Source of the DNA: Entomortierella parvispora E1425
Lineage: Eukaryota > Fungi > Mortierellomycota
DNA: 64,000 nt
Assembly: GCA_020891255.1 (NCBI GenBank)
Contig: BQFW01000012.1
Coordinates: 186,001 to 250,000 of the forward strand
Direction of reading: 5' to 3'
The notes under the pieces were generated by a model. It did not search any database. It worked only from the letters and a program-made list of their open reading frames with translations, and had not been told where the DNA came from. A program made the position numbers and the translations under genes. Below, piece by piece: positions 11,126 to 22,411 of the stretch; position 1 is the first letter of the stretch, and every line of letters starts with the position of its first letter.

Positions 11126-13285
11126 AGCTCAACGACGGCGTCCTTAACATTCGTGACAGTAAGGTGGAACGGTTCCGGAATTGGGCAGAACTTTGGCGGT
11201 CTTTCTTGTCCCAGAATGAATTGCATACAGATATACGCAATATTCTCCGATCCCACCACATCGCGATCAAAGTACTGCTTGCATGCCGTGCAATACTTAG
11301 ATCGTCGTTCCCCATACTGCAAGAACGCATCGCAGTTTTGGCGGAGACACTTTGCACTTGTGTAGTACTCATCCACGCCGACGACAATGTATCCTAGCCG
11401 CCTGGCCTATATCATATATGAGAACAAAGGAAAAAAATGTTAACTTGATGATGTCAACTGTGAACCGTGCGACTTTTTTTTTGTTGTTATTTTCCTTGCA
11501 GTACCTACCCTTTGAGTGAATCGCCGTTCCAATGGCCCGTGTTTAGATGGCAGGCCCGTCCGAGAGTTGAATGAGCCAAGACCAAGAGCAAACACCACCG
11601 TTGTTCCAGCACTACCATCGGCCTTCCTGCCCGAGAGGACTCCCGCGAGCTTGAAGATTTGGTCCATTGCAAGATCAATGGCCCTCTGTTGCGCCTTCCT
11701 CATGTCCCACTTTCTCTTTAGCATCCAAGGGGAGTGGTAAAAGTCAAACAGCACGTCCTTCACTGTGCCCTGAAGGTTTGGCACTGTTGTATTCGGTCCT
11801 AGTAACCTCCCCAGAACCTGCTGGGCCGGTGAATGCAGGTAACGCATGCGCTCTAAAATGGATTGAGGCTTGTAGGGCGGGATATTTGTCTCGAGCAGAT
11901 GGATATGCTCTTTGACCTTTTTCACCCTGACAGCCTCTTGGAACAGTCGGACCGGATGGTAAAGAAATGACCGTCGAATGCGCTTGGACGCACGGTCGTT
12001 TGTTGTCCCAGATTTCTCGGCATTGAGTCTCAGGCGCGTGGCTGTCATCGAGAATACTTCGCCAGGATCGATACCAATGACAGTGACCTCGCCCGTAGTA
12101 ATATCGCCAAAGTCAAACACGCTGGCATTGGGCAATGTGGCAGACCCTTTGCCAAAAGTGTACGTGGAGCCATTGTTGAACGTGACAGGACCTGGGTTCT
12201 TTGACATGGATGTGGGCTGGGATGCGACTCCAGTCTGGGCTGTCTGTTTGTCTGCATCGGCTGAGATGGCTTCCTCATGATCCTCGTAGTCGTCGTCTTT
12301 CAGTGGCTGCATCTCGTTGGGGTCATCGTCCTCATTGTAGTCGAAAAAATCGTCGTCACCGTCGCCACCGTCGTCTTCATCGTCGTCTTCATCATCTTCC
12401 TCATCGTCTTTGTCGTCAGCTGGATCTTGACTGTCCGGATCCTCCGATTTTTTCTTCTTTTTGGGCTTGGGTCGTCTCGTATCGGATACTTGAATATTGA
12501 GGACACGCCCGTTCGTCTGGAAACTTTGCCCTAGCACCAGTGGGTTGGGGTCGTCCTCATCATCCTGCAGCCGGGCTTTACGATGGTACCTTCGAAATCG
12601 GGTGGTCCCCGGTGGATCGATCTTGTAAAGAATCTGGGAAAACAGCCATCCTTTGTGTTTCGTGACATACCGCACTCGTTGATTTTGGTTTGGCTTGTCT
12701 GCACCAAAAATGCGATGAAGGAGCTGCTTCAGAATAGGGTCTTCTGCGGTATTTGGTCCAGGCGGTTTTGCAGCCAGAAACCGAAAAAGGTCGGCGCTAT
12801 CAACCCGTGTAAACTGCGACGCAATTTTGCCTTGAACATAGTCAGCAAATTGACCCTTATTGTGCTGAAAAAACCACGCGATGTAGTCGTTCTTGGTGGA
12901 CTTTGGCCAGACCTCATGGTTGATCTAATTTGATAGACAGTACACAGTGTTAGTTCACCTGTGCCTTGTTCATAGATTATCGTCAAAATACCTACTTTTG
13001 CTGTCCGATAATGGTGTTTGATGTTCTTGACGACTTGTACAGCCGAAGACTGTCCTGCATTCGTGTCAAACGTCTGCCAGCCTCTCTCCTTATAGCTCAA
13101 AAAAGGGCTAGGCAGAGACTCTTTGTATATAGCAAACATTTTGGCAACAGTAGCAGCCTCAGGGCTCCTTGCTCTCTGAGTTCTGGTGCCGTTGAAGAGA
13201 AAGGGTGTCAGGCCAAATGCAATTGTATTGGCGCGAGGGCCGACAATCTGTTCGAAAAAGTCATCTGGGAGACCGTCGGTGCCCT
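11092..13285 (-). CDS. Fanzor (eukaryotic TnpB homologue) portion: WED/RuvC/Zn ribbon
   Basis: RuvC-I VIGIDPG at about 12062-12082. Gly in place of the canonical RuvC-II Glu (VVFALGLG), with the relocated Glu in ARRLGYIVVGVDEYYTSAKC. Zn finger C-x4-C...CTAC. RuvC-III YFDRDVVGSENI. Confidence 0.9.
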
Positions 13286-13290
13286 GCAAC

Positions 13291-13401
13291 TGCAATAGGA
13301 GTATCGAGGGTGGAGTGGAGACAAGAAGTGAGTTTTATTATATTGCAAGTTTCTAGCTTTTGTAGGTACACATCGCGTGATGTCACCGTATTCCTGTTAC
13401 A
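13291..13401 (-). repeat. 3' LTR of Gypsy element
   Basis: TGCAATAGG...CTGTTACA, identical to 18248-18358. Adjacent polypurine tract (minus strand AAAAGGGGAAGG) at 13402-13413. Confidence 0.97.
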
Positions 13402-13411
13402 CCTTCCCCTT

Positions 13412-16400
13412 TTAAAAAATGATACCGTGCTGCTCTTTGAAGGTTGTGACCAAGTCCATGCAGTTGTCCAAGTTGCTTACTGGGAGCCATTCGTCAGCTT
13501 CTCTGCCGTAGCCTTTGAATGACACTAGGAACTGGTGTTGTCTGCGGTAGAAGCGGTACTTTAAAATTTCGTCCACTTCATACTCCTCTTCGCCGTCAAT
13601 TACAGTGGGATCCACGGGGGCAGGAGCTCGAATGCCGAGTGACTCCGGGGACGGCAAATAGGGTCGAAAGGTATCAACGTGGAAGACGTCATGGATTTTT
13701 GTAGAATGGTGGCAGCTCGACGCGGAAGGTGACAGGTGAGTGTTGCTCCAAAAGTGTGAACGGGCCAAGGAATTGAGGTCGAAGTTTATCGGCTGGTCTG
13801 ATACTGTCGGCAGGGATGGTGATATTGGTGGCACGCAGCAGGACCTTATCGCCAACCTTGTACTTGTGATCCCGTCGTCGCTTGTTTGCCTGTTGCTCCT
13901 GATGATCCTGAGCACGCTGCAGAGCATCCTGGGCCAGGGCAAGGGTGGTCGCCTGCTCAGTCAGGAAGGTATCGACAGTGGGGACTGAGCTGCTGGGTTT
14001 ACCGAGGAGAGCGGTGGGGAGACGAGGGTGCTGGCCAGAGTTGAGGAAGAACGGCGAGTATCCCGTGGATGCATTGACAGCGTTGTTATAGGCGAATTCC
14101 AGTGACGGAAGGAGCTGGTCCCAGTTAGACTGCTTGTTGTCAATAAACGCTCTCAACATAGTCTTCAGCGTCTTGTTCATAACCTCTGTCTGCCCATCCG
14201 TCTGTGGGTGGTAGGCGGTTGACAGTGCAAGTTTGACATCCATTAGCCTGTGCAACTCTTGCCAGAATCTACTAGTGAATCGAGTGTCGCGGTCCGAGAT
14301 GATGGATGTTGGTGTGCCATGCAGCTTAAAGATGTTGTCAAAAAACTGGTGGGCGACGTCGACGGCTGTGGCAGAGGTAGTACTGGGGACGAAGTGAGCT
14401 TGCTTGGTCAGCTTGTCGACAAACACTGTGATGGCGTCAAAATTTCTAGCTGTGGGCGGAAGAGGGCCGATGAAGTCCATGGTGACTACCTCCCAACGTT
14501 GCGAAGGAATGGGTAGCGGTTGCAAGAGTCCAGCTGGTCGATCCTGTGAGTCCTTGTTCCTTTGACACTTCTCGCAGGTTGCTACATACTGCTGGGTATC
14601 CTTGGCGATGTGGGGCCAATATACGAAACGGCGCAGGTTGTCGTAAGTCTTTTGAAAACCAAAGTGTCCAGCAGTGGCAGAGTCGTGAGCGTCGTGCAAG
14701 AGAGTGAGGCGGATCGGGGAGTGCCGAGGGATGGCCAGGGTGGTTGCTCCACGTCGGGTAAAGTAGAGGAGGTTGTTCTGGAATGAATATCCATTGGCAA
14801 CCTTCCCATCCAGGCAATCCTTGTAGATGGGTCCAAGTCGAGGATCGTCGTTGTAGTCCTGGACAAGCTGGTCACGGACGTCCGGGGACAGGGAGACGCT
14901 GAGGTTGTATAGCTCAACAGGGTCAGGCTCGCGGTAGTCCGGTCGTCGGGAGAGAGCGTCTGGGACGATGTTGTCAACTCCTCGCTTGTACTTGAAGTCA
15001 AAGTCGTATTCCTGAAGCAACTCCATCCAGCGAGCCTGTCGACGAGTGAGTTTGGGCTGTGTGGGGGAAGTGGCGGAGGGTGGCGTGGTCGGTGTGGACG
15101 CTGAACTTGGTTCCATCGAGGTAGTAGCGCCAAGTGCGGAGCGCATGGATGACAGCCAACAGTTCCTGCTCATGGACAGGGTAGTTCCGCTCAGCTGACT
15201 GCATTTTTCCTGGAAGTGAATGCGATGGGATGGGTATTCCCTTCCCGGTCAGTCTGCAGCAGCACTGCACCGATGGCGAAACCGGATGCATCTGTTTCGA
15301 CAAAGGTGAGAGATCAGGGTCGAAGATGCGGAGGACGGGGGCGGAGCAGATGGCGCGTTTGAGCTGAAGGAATGCAGATTGTTGTTCGTCGGTCCATTTG
15401 AAGGGAGTGTTGTTGGCGAGGAGGGAAGAGAGAGGGAGGGCAATCCCTGCAAAGCCCGATACGTACTGTTGATAAAATTGCGCAAGCCCCAAAAATTGCT
15501 GGACGTCCTTTGTGCTCTTGGGGGTGGGCCAGTCACTGATGGCTTTGCTGAGCCCGGCCGATGTTTTGATCCCGTCCTTCGTGATGGTGTGGCCCAAAAA
15601 TTCAGTTTCGTCTTGCATGAAGGAGCACTTGCTCAATTTCGCGTACAGACCGTTCTTGCGGAGGAGAGCCAGGACGCTTCGGAGATGCTGCAGGTGTTCT
15701 TTCTTTGTCTTGGAGTAGATCAACAGATCGTCGAGATACACGACAACCCATTTGTCCAAGACTGGATCGAGTACTCGCAACATCATATTGGAGAACGAAG
15801 CAGGAGCGTTAGTAAGGCCAAAGGGAACAACATTGAACTCAAAGTGACCATAGCGACAACGGAAGGCAGTCTTGTGTGTGTGTGGTTCAAAGATACGCTG
15901 CTGATGATAACCGGATAACAAGTCCAACTTGGAGTAATAGCGTGCTCCACGGAAGCGGTCAAGAAGCTCGTCGATACGGGGCAACGGGTGTCTGTTCTTC
16001 CTGGTGATCTTGTTGAGGCCACGGTAGTCGACGCACATTCGGAGTGTGCCGTCCTTCTTCCGCACAAAGAGCACGGGGGCGCCATAGGGAGAGGTACTGG
16101 GTTTGATAAAACCTGCTGCTAGCAATTGGTCCAGTTGTTTGCGAAGTTCGTCAAGCTCGGCGATTGAAAGTCTAATGACAGGGCGGAAGGGTGGGTCGGC
16201 TGTCGGGTCGGTCTCGATCTTCATAGCATCACCACGGTCTGGGGGCAGGCCGTCCGGGAGTTTCTCCGGAAAGACATCAGCGAACTCTTCCATGACAATG
16301 GACCGCACCTCTGGGGTCATATCGGGAATTGTACGCGGTTGGTCAGTTTCTTCAGAGGGCTCTGGGGTGTTGCGAATAAGGGCCAGGAACACCTCCGAGC

Positions 16401-17230
16401 CGGGCAGGGTTGCCATGGAATGAAAGTGCATGTGTGTGAGGAGGAGTCCTTTGGTGCGGCTTTGGATGTGATCGGCCTTGAAGCCGCGGCAGCTCCATTT
16501 GACATCGATTCCATTGTGAGTGAAATGAAGATCATTGGTGCGCCAATTGATGCAAGGGTTAACTTTGGTGAGCCAGGGTTTGCCAAGGATGAGGTCGTAC
16601 TTGTTGAGAGGATAGAGAATAGGGTTGAGCGAATCGGAGTAGTCGCTGCGGTTGAGGGTGATGGGGACGGTGTGTGATGTGAGGGAGGAAGAGCCATTGG
16701 GGAGGAGGATGGGGATGGGCAAGCATTCAGTGCGGAGGAGCTGGTGTCGCTTTTGAAAAGACGAACTGATAATATTACCTTCTGCACCACCATCAATCAG
16801 GATTCTGGCAGCGTGGCCATTGACAGAACCGATGAAAGTGAGCAGTTGGCTCTCTGCCTTTTGGACAGTGAATTCGTGTAGGCGAATCGCACGACGCTTC
16901 AACTTCTTCAACTGACTTTTTGGACAGAGGTACACTAGGTGCCGGCGGTACAGCGAGAGGGTCCGGTTCATCTGTATCGGAGGATCTAGGTAGAGGAGCG
17001 GACAGGGCAACTGGAGCGGGCGAGGCAACAGGTTTTTTGGTTTGGTTTTGGTTTCGGTCCGATAGAACAACCAGAGCATCGTGGATGTGAGTTCGCTTGT
17101 CATGATTGGAGTCATGTTTCTGAGGTGTAGAATCAAGTGAAGTTTTATTTGAGGTACTTAGCTCAGGGTTGTTGGCTACAGTTTCGACAACTGGGGTCCG
17201 GACCGACCCTAGTTGCCGGAGGCTTTTCCC
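13412..17230 (-). CDS. pol: Gypsy Pol (protease, RT, RNase H, integrase, chromodomain), with several 1-nt frameshifts in this assembly
   Basis: PR LIDGGAEGN; RT LRMCVDYRGLN and VYLDDLLIYS; RNase H ETDAS (shifted frame) and EQELLAV; integrase zinc-binding H...H...C-x2-C and TMDFI...DRD...QTEVMN; chromodomain EEYEVDEIL...FLVSFKGY...EWLP. Confidence 0.93.
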
Positions 17231-18129
17231 GAATCAGGGGATTCACCCGCGGTTACTTGATTAATTCCTCGGCTGCCGTTGCCGTACTTAGGGCAATTGG
17301 GACTGATGTGACCCAATTCGCGGCAGCGGAAGCAGCCACCGTTACGTACAAGGTACTCTCGGTCGGCGGCGGTCAGGGGTGCGGGGCGATCTCGAGAAGG
17401 GTTGTTAGTACCGTTGGTGGGGCGGTTCTGTAAGGAGCGGTGAAGGGTGCCGAGTTGCTTGTGGATATTGTTGAGTTGGATATGAATATTGTCCACTTCC
17501 ATTGCGTTGGGGTCGGTGATACCAGCAGAGGATCCCGAGGCAGCCAGTGCTTTGGCACCGAGTGATGGGTCTTCAGTGTGGAAGATACGACCGAACTCCT
17601 CCGCGGCCTTAAAGAGTCTGGGCAGATCTATGGTGTCGTTGCCTGCATTAACAATGGCCACTTCCAGCATCTGGCGAAGCTGAGTAGGTGCACCACTGAG
17701 AAAGGCAGTACGGATAGTATCGTTGAGAACTGCGTTGTCGGCGTAGTAAGACTGGAGGAGTAGGTGGTATTCACGGGCTTTGGTAATATAGGCCATGACG
17801 TTGGAGATGTTCAGTGGCAGTGTCATTTTCATTTGCATTGTGAGGGCGAGAATGTGCTCCTTAAACTTCGCAGGGCTGAACTCGGCGGCAAGGAGCTCGC
17901 TGAAATCCGGGAATGAGGTGTCGGATGGCTTGTTTAAGAGTGCCCACCAGCCGATAACCTCATCGCCGGCAAAGGCAAGGGTAACCCCGACCTTGCGAGA
18001 TTCGGCAATTCCAGCGCCATCGAAGAAAAAGGTCATGCGTTTCAGAAAACCGAGAACAGAGAATCCGTCGCGCTTGCCGTTGAACGGTGTTGGATGAGGG
18101 AATTTGAATGACGGTGTCGCGGAGTCCAT
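17209..18129 (-). CDS. gag: Gypsy Gag with CCHC zinc knuckle
   Basis: MDSATPSFKFPHPTPFNGKRD...CFRCRELGHISPNC. Confidence 0.9.
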   Translation of the reverse strand: MDSATPSFKFPHPTPFNGKRDGFSVLGFLKRMTFFFDGAGIAESRKVGVTLAFAGDEVIGWWALLNKPSDTSFPDFSELLAAEFSPAKFKEHILALTMQMKMTLPLNISNVMAYITKAREYHLLLQSYYADNAVLNDTIRTAFLSGAPTQLRQMLEVAIVNAGNDTIDLPRLFKAAEEFGRIFHTEDPSLGAKALAASGSSAGITDPNAMEVDNIHIQLNNIHKQLGTLHRSLQNRPTNGTNNPSRDRPAPLTAADREYLVRNGGCFRCRELGHISPNCPKYGNGSRGINQVTAGESPDSGKASGN

Positions 18130-18235
18130 GTTGGGTGAATTGTCGAGGGAGAGTTGATCGAAGAGGGATACGAGGGGGTCCAGGGTGTGAGTGTGTCGGA
18201 GGGTCAGTGGGTCAGTGAGGTCAGTGGATCGAAAA

Positions 18236-18247
18236 CCTTTGCTACCA
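18236..18247 (-). promoter_or_regulatory. Primer-binding site, probably for initiator tRNA-Met
   Basis: TGGTAGCAAAGG lies immediately inside the 5' LTR, followed by TTTCGATCC, resembling the complement of the eukaryotic tRNAiMet 3' end. Confidence 0.7.
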
Positions 18248-18358
18248 TGCAATAGGAGTATCGAGGGTGGAGTGGAGACAAGAAGTGAGTTTTATTATAT
18301 TGCAAGTTTCTAGCTTTTGTAGGTACACATCGCGTGATGTCACCGTATTCCTGTTACA
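18248..18358 (-). repeat. 5' LTR of Gypsy element
   Basis: Identical to 13291-13401. Confidence 0.97.
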
Positions 18359-20748
18359 GCAACGCTGACAGGGGAGTGGAGGGCAGGCCAGCGGAAGGTG
18401 GACCAGCGGAGGACGGACCAGCAAGAGATGGACCAACAAGAGAGGACGGACCAGCAAGAGATGGACCAACAAGAGAGGATAGAACAGCAGCCGCTGTAGT
18501 TCTCTGGCGGAACTTGTCAATGCAGACAGCATAGATGTCGTACAGATCGTTTTCCAGTCTGAGTTTTGTGGCCACGCAATCTTGAATGCGTTTGTTGACT
18601 GCAATCGCCTCGGCACCAGATAGACACTGCTGGCTGTTACCAAGCAGGGATCCGGCCGTGATGGTAATGGTGACAAAATCCTTGACCATTTGACGGCGCT
18701 TTGTTGTTTCTGCAGTGACATTAGACTCCTTGGTGGGCTTTGCAGGGTCAATCTCTGCCTTTTGCTGGTAGATCTTCACCCGGCCCGTTCCAGCATCAGC
18801 CTTGGTCTTGCGTTTGCGACGTTTGGCCATGTTTTTTTTGACCATACCTTGACCCTTGCGACCACCTTGTTTTTGGCGTGGTCCATCAGGCCTTTCTTTG
18901 CAGTTCCCAATGTCTGCGACTTCGAGACCAGCAAGAAAGGAGGCATTGCCATTGGAATCAACGCGAGGAAAGATGTGTTCGTAGGGGTTACGCCAACGAC
19001 TGCGCCCATGATTGCGATAGCTGCAGTTATATGTCTTAAGACTATAGAAATTGACATTGAGCACATCGGATGAGTAATGTTGTCAACTTAGCACTCTTAT
19101 ACACATTTTTCAAACTACCAAAGCACTTACGTCGAGACCGACACTGGGTTTGCAGGAAGGGCTCTGCTTCTCCCCATCTCCTGGACATATCGGTTATAGA
19201 GATCCTGGAACAGCTTTGGCTCATCGATCTCGACAGGAGGTCCCAATTGATCTGGGCCAATCTCTTCTTGTTCTTCGTCCCCTTCTTCGATGGTGCGTGG
19301 CTCATATTGACGTATGTTCCTTCCAGCTTTCAATAAAACCTTGTCGTCCTTCTTCCCAGCCAGGGATGTGCAGAGAAAAGCAAAAGCCAGAAGGGATCGC
19401 TCGTATCGACTCGGCAGAACGCGACGCTCGTCCTTTAGACTCTCTGTCACCGCCTCACAGTAACGGCTCAGATATTGACGTGGAGTCATTGTCCGCCAAC
19501 GCTCATCCACTGGGGAGGCCTTTCGCTTTCGGGATGCCTCTCGCTTTCGGGTGGTAACAGCCACAGAGATGACGGAGGAGGAAGAGGAAACCATCGTGCT
19601 TGTACCTGCCGGCACTTCAGTAGGAGAAGCGTCTCTGGTCCTTTTCCTTGAAGACTTTCCCTTGGATGTTGACTTTTTCAGGGCAGCCTTCCTTCTCCGC
19701 TCTTCTGCCTCCCTCTCTTTCCGTGCCTGGACGACCGCAGGGTCAAAGTCCCTGATGACATTTCGGTTTCTCTTGATCCCAAACCCGGGAAAGTTGGACG
19801 TATAGTCGTTCTTGCAGACAATGGCCAGAGTCATGAGCTGGAAATCCTCACTAAAGTCCAACGCTTCCTTGACATCCTTCTTTCTGTACCGTAGAAAGAA
19901 GGAACCTTTGGGGTTCGGCCGAAAGACAGTTTGCACTTCGGAATACATGATCAAATCAGAGTCTCTTGTCACGATGACAGTTTCATCTCTGAGGTCATTG
20001 GCCGGGCTGGCTGGGGCTTGTTGAGTAGGGCCAGAGGGGTGGCAGCTGAATGCAATGCAAGTGTCTGCCTCGGTACTACACTGGCAGAAATAGGTGGCAC
20101 GGGTCGCAGTTGGAAGAGGACCGTCAGATCTAGACGCAGTGAGAGGGCCAGCATGAGCCGTTTGCATCGCTTTGTCGCACTCTTTGATGGCATCGCCAAA
20201 AGCTTTCTTCTGGGCGTCACTGAGGCGATGGGCCTTGCGAAGGTCGCGGTATATTCTGTCGGGAAGGGACTTGGAGATCCATCGTCCTGCATCAAACTTG
20301 CTCTGTAAGGTATCAAGTTCAACTTTGGCACGATGACGAGCTTGTTGCCGCGTCTTGGCTCGACGAGCGTGCTCTTGTTCCTTGGTATAGCCGTCCGCGC
20401 CATCCAAGTGGAACGAGATGGACTGGCATAGTGGAAATAGGGCCCAGGTGTCGTCAAAGATCTTCTTCGCCAAATCTCTGATATCTTGATGAGCCGGAAC
20501 GGTTGCGACCGTTGATGAGGAGACAACAGGCTGTTGTACGGAAGAGGATGATAGCCCTGTCCCAGGGCCCCCGCCTGGCTGGGACGAGTCGGACGTATAA
20601 CGCAGGCTTTTTTATCAACTGTGGCATTGATAAAATCATTGTAGTGGCAAGCCATCACGTCGTAGTGCAGGTTGTTGATGGTTATGGTTTTTGGATCCAC
20701 ATGAATCCCCGCGGCCTTGATCAAGGGCCACAATCCGGCGACACCCAT
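18359..20748 (-). CDS. XPG/FEN1/EXO1-family 5' nuclease portion (PIN core plus H3TH) and linker
   Basis: MGVAGLWPLIK start, LHYDVM, FHLDG..KEQEHARR, CSTEAD, VTRDSDL, CKNDYTSNFPGFG. These give seven acidic positions matching the FEN1-family metal ligands. Confidence 0.85.
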
Positions 20749-21325
20749 GACGGAGATATCTACAAGAGGAGTGCTAGCAAGGTTAGATTCCTGGCTAGAT
20801 GCTACTATATCTCGAAGGGCAACTGGGTTTACCTCACTCTTTGATGGGTTTAACTTCAAGGGCAACTGTAGTGGGGTCGGTTGAGTGTGGATAAAGCAGC
20901 CTTGTTGAGTCTGCTGCAATTCGTGCTTTGTGAACCAAGGCGGCGCTGTGGTGACAATGGATGGTGAACGTTTCGAATAAACAAAGACCACCAAGGTTGG
21001 TTGCTGTAAACTTGTGTTCGTGATACTTTTTGGATGGGAGGAACTAGAGTCTTTGCGATGTGTAGGGGAAGGAACTGACAGATGTCGTGGTCTGAGGATT
21101 GATGGGCAGATCAAAGAGACAGCAAGAGAGTGAAAGGAAAGCGCAGGAGTGAAAAACAAGAGAGTGGGAGGAGGGAAAGCGAGAGAGTCGGAGGAGTGAA
21201 AGCGAGGAGGGAAAGATATGAAAGTAGATGTGGCGTCGAAACAAAAGCGAAATGGCATGGACGCGTGCCTTGTATAAAGATTGGACTGCTTGCACCACGT
21301 GATAAAATGTCGATTAACCTTCATA

Positions 21326-21997
21326 CAGTGCACGACAACAAGTCACAACAAATTTTTGACGTGCGGCCAAATTTTGGTCGGGGGATTTTTTTTTTTCTGG
21401 AATAAAAAAATGAGCTCCACCTTGAAATGGTAAATGGCTGGTCGTCATCATCATCATCATCATCACACATCAATCCGAACAAATGCCGCGACCCAATAAG
21501 CGAACTGCGCCTCTGAAGAAAGCCCGTGCAATTCAGGCTTATATTCATGCTGCCGTCGCTCTTTCCTCTGCGGATACAGTTAAAACCCATTTAAACGCTC
21601 TCAACGAAGAGGAACCCATATACGTCGAGAATCTTACGCTGAAAAACGAAGAGCAGGATTTGCACAAGAACAGCAGATCCCCAGAAGGCGAAGAAGCAAG
21701 CGATGAATTAGACACTGAGCCCGATACCGAGCCGTATGAAGAAGACAGAATAAAATATAATATTACCTTTAGTAATTTTATTCCATATTTATAAAGTGAG
21801 GATAACGAAGGCGGCCAAATTCTCGATGGGCAAACATAATAACTCTTGATCCAGGCCATGTAAACGGAAACCCCGGGTATTGCCTGGAAGCTGACACTCC
21901 GAAACGCTCGTTTTTTCACTTCCGACAAAAATTGAGGGACTAGTAGCAATTGTCCTCAGGTCAGTTGATTCTTGTTGTGACTTGTTGTCGTGCACTG
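21326..21997 (+). mobile_element. Non-autonomous Tc1/mariner (IS630-Tc1)-type element, 672 bp
   Basis: Perfect TIRs CAGTGCACGACAACAAGTCACAACAA at 21326-21351 and 21972-21997, flanked by TA on both sides. Internal short ORF 21483-21794 (MPRPNKRTAPLKK...) with no DDE core. Confidence 0.85.
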
Positions 21998-22411
21998 TAT
22001 TTGAAATTATTCATTTCCATAAAATTCACGGTTCATTTTTGTTGAATGGATTTTTATGGACGGCCTATGAGGGCGTGTGTAACATAGTCAGGGCCATTGC
22101 CAATGGACCGTCAAAACCAATGAAATTTTGTTTTCGCCCCTTTTTATCCATTATGAGATGATGAGCCACAGTCCCCCCTGACGGTCTGGCATCGTCTTTG
22201 ATCAACGACTGCCTGTCGAATCTCCGTACGTACTTCTCTCCTCCCTCCCTCCCTCCCCTCCCCTCTCCCTCCTCCCTCTCCTCCCTCTCTTCCCTTTCCT
22301 CTCACTCACTGTTTCTCTGTCGTATTTTTCATGTCTGCGTGTGTGAGAGCGTGTGTGCGCACGCGCATGTGTATTTTATTAAAAAAAAAAAAAAAAGGAA
22401 AAAAAAAAAAA

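Larger units (their letters stand above)
13291..18358 (-). mobile_element. Full-length Ty3/Gypsy chromovirus LTR retrotransposon (5,068 bp)
   Basis: Two identical 111-bp TG...CA LTRs; 5-bp TSD GCAAC at 13286-13290 and 18359-18363; PBS and PPT; domain order gag-PR-RT-RH-INT-chromodomain. Confidence 0.97.
11092..20748 (-). pseudogene. XPG/FEN1-like nuclease-Fanzor fusion gene (about 1,440 aa reconstructed), interrupted in this copy by a Gypsy insertion
   Basis: Exons 20748-19131, 19041-18359 [Gypsy] 13285-12996, 12924-11509 and 11406-11092. All three introns are GT-AG and phase-compatible. One extra nt is needed in an A6 run near 20610; the total is then 4323 nt = 1441 codons. Confidence 0.82.

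Noticed and set aside
11092-13285. Bacterial IS200/IS605 TnpB or Cas12 from contamination or an endosymbiont
   Set aside because: The gene has spliceosomal introns with branch points and the Fanzor-type rearranged RuvC, and is contiguous with fungal genes.
20749-21333. N-terminal 195 codons of ORF 19969-21333 as part of the protein
   Set aside because: Low-complexity pyrimidine-rich sequence that begins inside the Tc1-type TIR. The XPG-family MGxxGLW start at 20748 is the natural initiator.
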